Shown here: piece by piece, positions 22,110-33,550 of the stretch
How the letters are laid out: every line of letters starts with the position of its first letter
Numbering within the stretch: position 1 is the first letter of the stretch
Source of the DNA: Bigelowiella natans CCMP2755
Taxonomy: Eukaryota > Protista > Cercozoa
NCBI GenBank assembly: GCA_000320545.1
Contig: ADNK01000205.1
Span: 1 to 33,737 of the forward strand
Direction of reading: 5' to 3'
DNA: 33,737 nucleotides
Notes under the pieces: model-generated
What the model was told of the DNA's origin: nothing
Database searches by the model: none
Seen by the model: only the letters and a program-made list of their open reading frames with translations
Position numbers and translations under genes: made by a program

Positions 22110-25100
22110 TTGAATCAAAGAGAAAGTCAGCTAAAAATGAAGTGTTGGATAGGATATTGACGAAGAATTCAATTTTCAATGTGCTGCAAAAAATCATCAA
22201 AATTGGTCATAAAGTTAGATTGATACAAAGTAATTTAGCGAAAACCTGACGACATCGTTAATGTCATTTCGATAATTTGCCTCAATTCCGGTAGATGGAA
22301 AACCCTTGTTACATTTTGAGGTTAAGATATCAATATCAATGCAATCATGACGTCTAAAAGTTACAATCTACCATAGCAATGATCCTTTTTGTGATGTAAG
22401 ATAAGTCTAGATTGTAACCATCTCGAATGAACCGTCTCTTCTTTTTCGAGACTTTACTCTGAATAATTCATTCCTCAGCCATAATATACGCGTAACTGAT
22501 GTAATTAGAATAATCACCTTGACGAAATCAGTGAGGAAACCCTTATTTCCCTGTTTACCCACGGATTCTGCTTTAATGTGTTGCGGGTTATCTTCGTCGT
22601 CGTCGTCGTCGTCATCATCGCCGAAATCCTATACGATGTGATGAGTCAAATGTTGTCGAGGCTAAACGTTGTATCGAGTTCATAAACCTTTGCTGATAAT
22701 ACCACGGACTGGACAGCTGCTTGAGGAAACAAGCCACGCTGATCGAAACAAATAGATATGATTTATAAAATCTATAGATTATGAAGACTGAATTTCCCTA
22801 GTACTCTACGCATTTTAACTCACCCTCATATTCCTTATGTTTATTCCGAGCCACATAGGTTCACCATGAGGTATTGACCCCATTTTGGAAAATGTATCAA
22901 TCAACGCAGACTTCACCTCTAGTTTCTGGAGGAGGAAAAATAATGACAAAAATAAATGAAATATATCAACATTATGTTGATTTCTAGGATAGAATCCGGA
23001 ATTTTTTTTATTCTATTTAAACTCTTCACTTCATATAACCTTTTCCGTATCATTTTCACCCCCTAATGGCTGAATATAATTCACAGGGACAATTCCACTT
23101 TGTCCATCCAGCCTTTTGGCATGGAAAAATTCCTCCGATTCGGTTGCTCGACGCATTATTATTACTTTATCCCCGGCGCTAGCTTTCAATGTTTTATATC
23201 GATCCGTACCTGGCTCTTTATAATCGTAAAGCATCACTGCCGGTACAGGGATATCGATTATCTCCTTAAAGTTTTCTATTTCTCTTCCGCCTACTCTTTC
23301 CTCAAAGAACGTTTCTTTAATAGAAATTTGGCTGTTTGGAGGATGTACCTCAACCTCACAGTATCTAAATCCATCTTCTTCAAAGGTTTTCAACACCTGT
23401 GCTAACTCGGATTTGATACTATCATCACTATCGTCTATTTGTTTCCCCACTGGAATAGCCTTTGGAGAGACTGAGATGTTAATCCAGTCTCCAACAACGA
23501 GAGGTTGTAAAACCTTCAGTTTTTTAAATGCGCGGGGCTGTTTTTTTAAGAGATGTACAATATCATCGATTTCTAAGTCGACATCAGAACTCCATCGGGC
23601 CTTATATTCGACTGTGGCTCGAAACCATACCTCTCCTTCGACTTCCAATGTAGTGGTTTTATCTATTGGTGTGTTCACCACCAGCTTGCTTTCTTCCTTT
23701 CTTTCCCCATTTGGACTCTGAAGGCCCCCTGCGGTTGTTGCCATAATATTTTTCCACTCATTTGATTTTAGGTCGTCAGATGTGCATGGCAGCGGGGCAC
23801 GATCGACAAGAGGTGGCGGGAAACCGTACTCTTGTTCCCATCTTTCACAGCAACCATTCATATCCTTTTGCGCGTTGAGCTGTGTTGCTTGCTTGTGATA
23901 TTTGTTGAATGCCACGGTGAGGTCTTCCATCAGGGCTAGTCGGAGACGGCAATGGTGCTGGAACAACTTTTCTTGTTCATTAAGTCTCTGGAGATCTTGG
24001 TCTCTCATACTCCGTAATATCCCTGGAAGCCACATGTGTCTATACTTAATTTGTTCGTTATTATAGGATCGTTCAAGAGCCTCAGTTCGGGTAAATTGTC
24101 TTGTAGCACTCTCTAGAGCCTTCTTCTGTTTCTTTTCCATTTGCTTCTTTTCTTTCCATTTGCTCGCGGGGAAAGTTTTGATCTTATCATGTAATTGTTT
24201 CAATTCCTTATATTTCTTTAAACACGCCTTCCGTTCCCCTGCAAGATGAGTTGCTTGAGCTTCCAGATCTGAGGACTTTAAACGTTGTCTTTTCACCTAG
24301 AAAAACACTAACATCAAGCGTTGGATGTAATAGATTATAAATTATTACCATTTCGTCAATAGCTTTAGTTGCTTCTTCACAAAATTTTAGTGCGGGATCG
24401 ACAATATTTGAAATAAAGTTATTTTTTAGCTTTTCTTCAGCACGCTCGACTTCATGTTCAACAGCGTACATTCCCTCCAAAACGTCCAAATGATCGACCA
24501 TTCGGTCCTAAATTTAATCTTTGATCGTAAGACAGTAGCTCACCAATTTCATTAAAATTAACTAGTTTACCTCTTTGCATTCGTTGACTTTTTGCATTTC
24601 GTAAGCATACACCCTACGTTTCTCAGTGCACGCCGTCTAACAAACTATTTTTCAGGTTGTAAATCAATCCATTTGTAAACTGAGGACCTACCTTCATGAT
24701 TTCTGCTTGTTTTTTCATGAATTTTCCCATTCGTATCAAATTGAAAATGCCTGACAAAAGAAAAAGCGATGTTTACAAATTGTTTCAATTTTGTTTAAGA
24801 AATAAAATAACCAGATCTTGCTTGTTTCTCAGCGATCGGGAACTGGTGGGTCATACTTTCGAACGAAAATTCTCTCTCATCCGATGATATCTGGATTTTC
24901 TTCGTCTTCTGTTCTGAAATAGGATTCTCTGGTTCGTCTCCTAAATGCCTCTTATCGACGATTTTAGTTGGACTTGAAAATTTGTAATCTTTTGGGACAG
25001 TAATATCTGTTCTTGGAGAGTGGATTCCGGTGCTGGAGTGTCGGCGATGATCAACAAATTTATATAGGAAACTATTATCCTAAGAGCAAAACCGATATCA

Positions 25101-26209
25101 ATAACAAAATTTGACCCATTTACTATTGAGGAATTGTGTTAGTGGTTATTATCAACCTCGAATTCATGACTCCCAGTGATGTGTACGATAGCCCCAGAAT
25201 CAAAAAGTGATTTGCAAGTCTGCAGACTTTCATCCCTGGACATTTCATCCATTTGATTTTTACTGTAGTCAATGATGAAATCTATTAGCTCCTTTCCAAA
25301 AAAAACTTCCTTGTACAGTTTAAGCCTTTTCCGACGATCCTTTATCACAAATCACATCACAACTTAAACATATGAAAGACAACCAGAAGCCTACTGTTTA
25401 TTACTTTCACGTGTTTGTCCTTAAAATCTGCCAGTGCAAATTGAATCCAATCTGGAAGTACGTTCCCATCATTGTTGCTGGAACTTGGAACAGTGTGAAT
25501 TGCGACATCCTTTGGAGTTCCGCCATTTGAAATACCCTTTCTCACATTGTATTTTAACCCAGAGTTTCCATGATGAATATCAGCCTTTCTTCGCGAAGGT
25601 GAAGTGTTTATAAATGTATTTTCATCAGTAACGTCAATATCTGACTTTTGCTCTGAAGATCCGCTGCGAAGATTACTTACAGATACCTCTGGTGAATCGA
25701 TATTTTTGGGCAGTGGAGGTGGCAATTCTGTTAACGAATTTGACTTCGAATGAGAATCCAAACTCGTGTGTTGAGGTCTTGATGCGGGGGGTGGTGTTTG
25801 AGCCCTTCTAATGTTATCTTTCGCCGTCTCATCCTTTTTAATAATCAAACTGTTTTGAGATAGGGCCTTTGACAGGCTTATTGCAAAGTTCCCTTGCTTG
25901 CCGACAGAATTTTTCTTTCCGACAGAATTTTTCTTTCGAGTGGGTGACATAGGTGGGGGAGGGGATTCTTTGCTCTCCATTGGCCGGGGAGATTTCTCAA
26001 ATCTCTGTAAGAGAGATCGAAGTCTGTTGTTCCGAGGAGGCACAGATGGAGATTGTTGTCCTCTTTGTGCCCGCTTTACATGCCACACAAAAACATAGAA
26101 GCTGAAATTAAAGATACGCACCACTCGTTGAAATGTAACTCTACACCTGAACCGATTGGGGCAAGGTTGGTGGCACTCTTTTGGGTGCATGGGTCGGCGG
26201 TTCTGTCAT
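21042..26209 (-). CDS. PTEN-family phosphoinositide phosphatase fused to DEP, F-BAR and SH3 domains, about 1350 aa, 15 exons
   Basis: Exons 26209-26147, 26073-25405, 25339-25157, 25079-24812, 24750-24692, 24636-24571, 24507-24349, 24296-23040, 22925-22824, 22738-22688, 22628-22518, 22458-22372, 22304-22246, 22025-21938, 21872-21042. All are GT-AG, in phase and stop-free. PTEN: [62 protein letters not shown], C2 LFHFWINTRF...ELDKACKDKKH. DEP: KDRRKRLKLYKEVFFGKELIDFI...GAIVHITGSHEFEDNSFLYKF. SH3: AVMLYDY...GIVPVNYIQ. F-BAR is inferred from the helical coiled-coil pattern. Confidence 0.88.
22039..22102. repeat. (AT)n microsatellite in an intron of the PTEN-fusion gene
   Basis: Perfect TA/AT dinucleotide run of about 30 units. 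Confidence 0.95.
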
Positions 26210-28486
26210 TGAATCTCCACAGGTTTGCACCAGATATTTTCCCAATCAACTGCCATGCAAGGTCAAAATTATTCCCTATTTTACATACAGTTCGTCCTCT
26301 TTCTTTTATTTTCTTTTACTATCTAATCTGTTCTCTCCTCCTACTTCACATACCGCGCCTCGAGTGCCAGATTTTTGGGAGGGGATGGACGCTATACCGC
26401 TGAAATCGCAAAATCACTTTCCAATTTTTGTGTTTTTGCTCTTGAGTGCCAAGCCGTGGCACCCAAATCCCCAATGGGTGTCATTGCATGAGCACTAATG
26501 CCCCAAAAAATCAAATAGTGCGTGCACAAGCGCCCTGTTAGTTGTTAGTGAACTCCAGTTCGCACTTAGTGCTTCCGGTGCAGATTTTGTTTTAGATTTT
26601 ATTTCTTTTGTTCCTTGCTCGAGATTCACAGGAAATCTCTGGAGAACATTGCAGGGATTTCCCACGATTTCAAAGAAATCCCCGGGAATAATGCGGGGAA
26701 TCCCGGAAGTTAGTTGTCCTGCGGCGACTCCTGCCGTCGCCATTGGAAACAAACTCTCCATCACCTCCTCAGAATGCTGGTGAGGACTTTTTATGTCATT
26801 TCTTTGATACATCTGATTTTCCTTGTAGAATGAGTCGTGAGGATGTATGAGAACGCAGTATTGTTTTGTTACGCAGGCCCACGAAGGTAGAAGCAGTAGA
26901 ACCCGCTGCGTGCGCTACGGGTTGGGAATGGAGGGAGTGACTTAGTGACTTATATTGTCATCATGAACCCATTTGCACAAATAGAAGCTCATTTCTGCCT
27001 TTTTGATTTGTACCCCTCAACTCCCTCAACTCAATTCAGTCAAGCAAAAGGATCTAATTTCCACAGCCTCGTCCAGTCAACTTGGTGGAAGAGCAGATGC
27101 AAAACATACTGGGAAAACAGCTTCGACCATTGAAGAAGATTCTCAAAAGCAAAGTCGGCAAAGGTTCCAATTAGCCCTCACTCTATCGTTGTTTATCTGC
27201 TAGAGCACATGCTATAAATCAATTAGTGTCTTCTCAAAGTTCAGCAGTACTGGGAGACTGAATCGTGGCTCGGCAGTGGAACAACCAGGGTATATTTCCC
27301 CCTTTCTAACCCCCAAAAAATAACATTACCTATTTCTTAGAATTTTGGAACAGAACGGTTCGATCATAATAATTAAGGTGAATACGGATTGAAAAGGTCA
27401 TTCTAGGGACGCATCATATATTTTCTCTGAATATTCTCATAGTTCAAAGCACAATTTAAGGACAAATTCGGGATGAAATTCAAGAGGTACATATAAGATA
27501 AAATTTTCATGCATCGATGCCGATGCGTTTCTTTGTGTTGTTGATTTGTCATGAGTCTTTGTTGCATGTCCATCATTAATTTATCAACTGTACTGAACTT
27601 AGAAATAAAGTCATAATTGTGGCCCCGGGAACACAGGCCTTTGAATTTGGAGTATGGAGATAAACTTATAATTTTGTAAAACATAATGATGCTTAAGAGA
27701 ATCCAATATATTTTGAAGGTAAGACCTGGTTGGGTTGTTATCAAAGTACGTGGGCAAAGGTTATAAAACTATGATATGTATACCGACCTCTGATTTTGAC
27801 AAGTAAGTATACCTTAGAGTGGATCCAAATGTGAGATCAACAGATAAAAGAGGCCCTGCGGGAATGATAAGCGAAGCTTGCAGAAAGTTTTACACAGTGC
27901 CGGTGAATATAGAGTCTTAATAGAGTTAAAACCTAAGAACTTATTACTACTCTTCATGTGCAGATCGAATTCGAAATACCTGCGCCATCCTCTTGCTGTG
28001 TTCTATTATAACCTCTCCTGTTCTTCAATACATGTTAGTCACAACTCTCAGGACACATGTCAATAATTATCACAAAATTATTTCGATCAAACATGCAACA
28101 CAAAGCAACTTCATTTGCGAGTTTGCGAGGGGTGCTAAAGTATCACCATGTTTTGAGACTAAATCATTAATTTAACAAGTATGCCCATTGATAAACGTAA
28201 TGCATTGAAAATTGGCAAGCAGGGGTGCTACTGTGTGACAGATTCTCCGTGCATAGTTCTCGCGAAATTCCAACTCACTGTGATTTCAGCATCACATTTT
28301 CGCCACGCACGTTGCACCAGCAGCTAGCCAGCAAGCAGGCCCGTCTCCACCAAAATTGCGCAATGGGACAAAACTCACGCAAAAGACACAAGGCAATCAA
28401 TCTGATTGTGCGCATGCATACTCTCCCTCGATTCACTTGCTTCGCACGGTCGCCTCACAAAAAAGGAAAGAACATTGAACTCATTG

Positions 28487-29040
28487 AACAATGAACAATG
28501 AACAATGAACAATGAATGAAGCATTGACATGCAAAAACCACGTGAGCAAGAACCACATGGGAGACATGACCCAGGAACGTTGAACTGTGTGTTGATGCAA
28601 AATCCACGTGCGCAAGGGGAAAATCGAAAACAAGGGTTTGCATGCAGAGCACGAACATCAGTGTGCAGTCTAGCAGTGCTGAGCCAGATCGTTGAACATT
28701 GCTTTGAACGTTGAACATCGAACTGCGCGCTGTTGCAAACCCACAAAACCTGCCAGCCTACGTGCGCGTGTCAGAACCACGTGGGAAACAAACGTTTGCG
28801 TGCAGCAGCGCCGTCAAGCTAAAATCATTGTGAGGACTTGAATGAACGAGTGAACAAATGCGAAGCGGTTCTGCAGGAGCGGTTGCACAGGTCACGCTGA
28901 CTCATCCGTGACCTCAATTGTCAACAACGAACAATGAACAATGAAGAAAGCATTGATGCAAATTTGCATGCGCCAGAGCCCCATGGGAGACAGGCGTGTG
29001 CATGTAGCAGCGCCTCAACAACAATCATTGCGAGGACTTG
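28487..29040 (+). repeat. Cluster of dispersed repeat copies (D about 28487-28566, C about 28762-28840, B 28916-29040) with (AACAATG)n heptamer runs
   Basis: Copies share an agaaccacatgggagaca-like core. B and C end in aatcattgYgaggacttg. They are inverted relative to copy A at 20526. Confidence 0.8.
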
Positions 29041-29188
29041 TCAACACCCTGCTGATGTCCGCGCCCCAGATGCCACAGCATCACCTGGTCAGCATCCAAA
29101 TGGTGTTCTGAGTGAGCGACATGGGATATTCATTGTCTCTCAGGATAATTCCCATTCATTGTCCTGTCAGATGTGCGAACAACGACGA

Positions 29189-30852
29189 ATGACGGCGAAT
29201 GACGGACTGACAAGAAGCGCAGAGCTTCACGAAAAAACATGGCTTCCGCGTCCACAGGTCTCGCTTGAACCCATGTCACACGCCACATCTTCCCTTTGGT
29301 GCGAGCGCACTTCTCGTCAAAAGGATGAGTTGGTCCCTCGGGTTAAGTCCTCTGCGGCAGTAAAAGCGATTAAATGCGGAAAACCCATAGTGATCCAACA
29401 GGGCGCCCTTGGGGAATGGTACGACCCGAAGCGATGGACTTTGGAAGCATTAGCGCACAGACTTAAGGACCATGAGGTCAAAAATGTATTCAGGTCAGTG
29501 AATTTTAGACTAGAAATATTTCCTGGGACAAAAAGAAATAGTTTTCCCTGAGTTCCTCCTCGCACGTTATGTAGGTCCAGCACCAACCGATTCAAGTATT
29601 ACCGGGACGACGGAGGCCCCCACACAAGCGAGTCCAAACTCAAGGACACGAGAACAACTGATGGTGAACGGATAACAATGAGGTTTGGAGAATTCCTCCA
29701 GCGCGCTACGGCTGCTTCGGATGGAGCGGCGGGTTCAAGGGAACATTTATACCTGTATGGGGAACCACTCCCCACATCGGTGCGAGAAGAATTGCCGATG
29801 GAAAAGCTGGTAAACATCACGTTCCCTGAGTTGATTCTCAATTTCACAATTTTACTTGAACATATACTTTCGATGTTGGTCAACTCAGATGTCCTTCATA
29901 AATATCCGCGAGAAAGCATCGAAGGAAACGAATGAAGAGAAAGGATCGAAACCATTCCTCAGGCCAACCTCGATGTTGCTTTGGGTCGCAGCAGACAATT
30001 CGAGTCCAAGCATATCTCCCCTCCATTACGATCTCTCTGATGGGATAATCCTGCAGTTGAAAGGTAGTCTGAAACAAATTCATGGAACGAAGAAGAGGAT
30101 GAAGAAAAATACGATACGCACCAAAATGTCGCAAATGCTCGTTAGGCGAGAAGAGGTTCATCTTGATCGAAGAACGAGGGCACGAAGAAGCAATCTACCC
30201 TCACGCCATATCGGGAAACTTCGATAGGCAGAGCAAAGTACGGCAAATATACATCTTTTTACGATGCTCAGTGACTGATTTTAGTTCCCCAACAGATTGA
30301 TGATATACAAAAACCTGGCAAGGAATTTGACATGTTCCAGGTAGCTGCAAAGCAGTTAAAATGAAGAAAGATTCGTTCTCTGAGTGTATCTCAAATTCCT
30401 TCCAGGGCGTCAAGGCTTTTCAATGTGTGCTGAATGCTGGGGAGGCCCTCTACATTCCTTTCGGGTGCTGGCACCAGGTGAAAGAGAGTCAGAGATCGTA
30501 GAAGCAATCTTGAAAGTGACAATGAGTTCATCGTTTTCAAATTATTAATTCAAGAATCAAATAGTTCCGTGAACCTCAGATGGGATCGAATTTATAGGTA
30601 GAGTCGCCGTCAGAATCAGTCGCAATAACGATAAGATGGAATCCCTATGCCGACACAATTCGCAGTTCAACATCGTTTCGCTGCCTTGCTCTCCAGCAGA
30701 AAGGATCTGCAGCTCCAACCCCCCCCCCCTCTCTCCCCCCTAACGTGGCTGAGATGCTGTATCGAAAGATGATACGAGATTTACCAAAACACGTAGCAAA
30801 TATTCTAATCCAAAGATTTGATGCAGAGAAAGAAGAGCTTCAAAGAAAATGA
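29189..30852 (+). CDS. JmjC-domain (cupin-like) 2-oxoglutarate/Fe(II) dioxygenase, multi-exon
   Basis: KPIVIQQGALGEW...WTLEAL, MRFGEFL, LYLYGEPLP, LLWV...SPLHYDLSDGIILQLK|GEKRFILI, RQSK|IDDIQKP...CVLNAGEALYIPFGCWHQ|VES...AITIRW. The HxD...H iron triad is intact. Stop TGA at 30850-30852. Start uncertain (ATG at 29171, 29189 or 29273). Confidence 0.9.
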
Positions 30853-31739
30853 TAAACAGACACAGAGAAAATAATGAAATATATGTCTATTACGCCTGTA
30901 TGCACATTTTGCAAAAATATTATACTGGAATATGCGCATCACGTTTATGCATGTATCGCGCAGTTCCATTGCCTACGACATGGTTCTATTATTAAGGCAT
31001 GTAACAAAAGGACATTTCCTTAAAGTTTTTCAGTATATCTGCTTGTTGCAATGCAACGATCGTACTAAATCTGCCATTGCTAGATAGCCTTACGCTTCGA
31101 CCATAGAGTATGCAGCGCATGCACATTCAGTGGTAGAACAATTACATGATGTGTTGTATGCAGATGACTGATGAACTGGCAAAATGTGCTTTCCATAACT
31201 TCTGCGACTTGCATAAAAAATGCTGCAACATAGACACTAACTTGAATGCCTGTGCACAGAATGTATACAATGGGCAATACTTAAATGCATCTTTTGCATA
31301 GGGTTTGGCCGCTGCGTTAGCGCATTTCTGCTTAGATAAGTGCCACACACAGTACGTAAATGCGCACATGCATTAGGAAAGTTTCGCCGCACATAAAACA
31401 ACCGCCAATCATTATTAGTCACCAGTTAATCTCTTTATTATTGATTCTGATACACTGAAACCAAAAGAATTACGCGCAACAAGTTTTGCTATCAACTAAG
31501 ACACATCCTACTTAACTAATCATTTTTATACACACAAAGATCGATCTGCGAGGTCAACGCTGTCATTAAAAATTCCTTATGAGTCCAGGCATTAAAATTC
31601 CGGCGGATGGCATTTTTGTTAAAGGGGATTGCGCGCGTGCATCGAAGGTAGATGGCACTCGCTCTTATTGCGAAAGCCTACATCCTCACCAGCGCCCTCA
31701 TCATTTTCCTACTTGCTTTCTAAGGGACTTATAAAAACT

Positions 31740-32586
31740 ATTTACTCCTGCCCCTTGGGGCTCGGATTTTCTAATTGCTGACGCAGCCTTTTCCGCTCCT
31801 AGCAGTGACGATAAGCAAACAAATTATTCGAGCATAATTCAGAAGTATACTCGGCTCAGGGGGGGGGGGGGGATTGCGAACGACATCGAGTGGAGGAAGC
31901 GTTTATATAGTGGAAGACAGATGATAAGGAAGAACAACCACGTACCTTTGCGGGGAGCGTCTCCGGTATATCTTCCTGGGGCAGCATCCTCGCCGGCGCA
32001 CTCCTATCGAGCGCAGCAGCAGCAGCAGCAGAAAGGGCATGCAAAGCACAGGGGGGAGGGGTTAGACCAAGATGAATTTTACAAGATCGATCTGGAATGG
32101 GGAATCGTCGTAGGATTTCGTTCGGTGATCTCCTTGGTCCCTCTCATCATCCCAAACTGCATGCACTCCTCCTCCTCCTCCTCCTCCTCCTCCTCCTCCT
32201 CCTCCTCTTTTAGTTCCATTCTCTCCGATGATACTTATTATTATTACCACTGCTTGAAGATGATCCCGCATCCTAAAAAGCCACCAGAACCACAACCCCA
32301 GCCACCTAACCCTGTTGCGTGCGTAAATTAGTCGGTTGATTAGGCTGTTTGCTATTGTTAATAGTTGGGAGGTAGGCCGTCGAGGAATGGCGAGATATCG
32401 AGGGCATGAGAAGCGAGAGGAGGAGGAGGAGGAGGATGAGGAGGAGGAGGAGGAAGAGGAGGAGGAGGGGCAAGAATAGTAACAATTTTGGTTTGTTTCA
32501 AAGTCGCAGAAGGCATAAAAACAAATAAAGGGGAGAGCGTCCTAAAGTAAAGCAGAGGTAACGTGTTTTTCTCTGTCTGATAGGAG

Positions 32587-32619
<33 letters not shown>

Positions 32620-33169
32620 TATCATCATCATTATCTCACCCGCGAGCTCTCTGTCAGCTTCCTCTTCCCGGGTCATTTTCTAGGCGATCGTGATGATGAT
32701 GATGATGGGGATGATGATGACGACGTAAAATCAGGTTGTGACGACGATGATGATGATGGTGGTAATGATAACATCGCGTATAAATGCAGTATATGCACGC
32801 GCAAACACATACACAAACAGGCACACACACACACACACACACGCGCGCGCGCGCAAAGCAATGTGATACATCATAGTCTACACGAACTCATATTGGAACA
32901 GAAGGCAATTCGTTTCTCCTCGATGGTGTTGATGATGATGATGATAATGATGATGATGATGATGATGATGACGATGATGATGATGATGATGATGACCACC
33001 CTGATTTTCCGTGACTTGCGGCCTATTGTTAGAGCATAAAAGATGGAGGAAATAACACACAAAGCGGCACGTAGAAGAGGCAATGAGTAACTACTAACTT
33101 AACTTTTATTTCTAACACTCGGCATCACATCTCCTTCCCTTTTGCACCAGCGTTCGCGAACGCACATAC

Positions 33170-33211
<42 letters not shown>

Positions 33212-33550
33212 ACACACTCGCTCACTCTATATCTCCCCCCCCCTCTATGTGAAGTGGCGATGAAGGTGCTTTGACCTGTCGAGAGCCCCCCCCAAAACGA
33301 GTAGTATTTCTTGGGTTTCTTCTTGTTGCTGCTTCTGTTCGCATCTTCGTCGTGAAGGGCATCGAAGACGTTGTTGTGGCCACCCGCAGCTCCCGGCGAG
33401 CCTGTGATTTGTACTTGCGTGTGAGAAATAGGGATGATCTTGGCCTGCAGGTGCTACTACCGCTGCTGCAAGTTTCCTATTTTCAAATCTCCCCCCCCTC
33501 CCCCCTCCCCCCTTGTGATTTACCCATCTCCTCGTCATCGTCGATCTCAT
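31740..33550 (-). CDS. Short 3' exons of an uncharacterised gene separated by microsatellite-rich introns
   Basis: AG...GT-bounded minus-strand blocks at about 31945-32000, 32076-32156, 32248-32272 and 32641-32680 (KMTREEEADRELA). Reading frame and ends are not resolved. Confidence 0.4.
32166..33216. repeat. Dense intronic microsatellite field: (CCT)n, (GAG)n, (CAT)n, (GAT)n, (CA)n
   Basis: Seen directly in the sequence. Confidence 0.9.

Noticed and set aside
26130-26190. MHPKECHQPCPNRFRC as the end of a C1 zinc finger
   Set aside because: No upstream Cys/His ligands. A different frame (MTEPPTHAPK...SVQ) splices in phase to the next exon.
219-26209. Piezo, pLGIC and PTEN as a functional membrane-signalling gene cluster
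   Set aside because: They are interspersed with unrelated genes, differ in composition, and show no shared regulatory motif. Probably coincidental.
27403-27744. 113-aa minus-strand ORF in an AT-rich region
   Set aside because: No ATG at the ORF start and no recognisable motif, so it cannot be supported as a gene.
28487-28520. (AACAATG)n as a telomeric or CRISPR-like repeat
   Set aside because: Only a few units, embedded in a dispersed repeat, with no spacers. Better explained as mutated AT-rich sequence.
28934-29170. N-terminal extension of the 205-aa ORF as part of the JmjC protein
   Set aside because: It begins inside repeat copy B. The open frame is expected where TAA stops are depleted.
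29189-30852. JmjC gene as the enzyme behind the TpA signature
   Set aside because: Proximity only. It looks like an ordinary small JmjC hydroxylase, and eukaryotic adjacency does not imply function.
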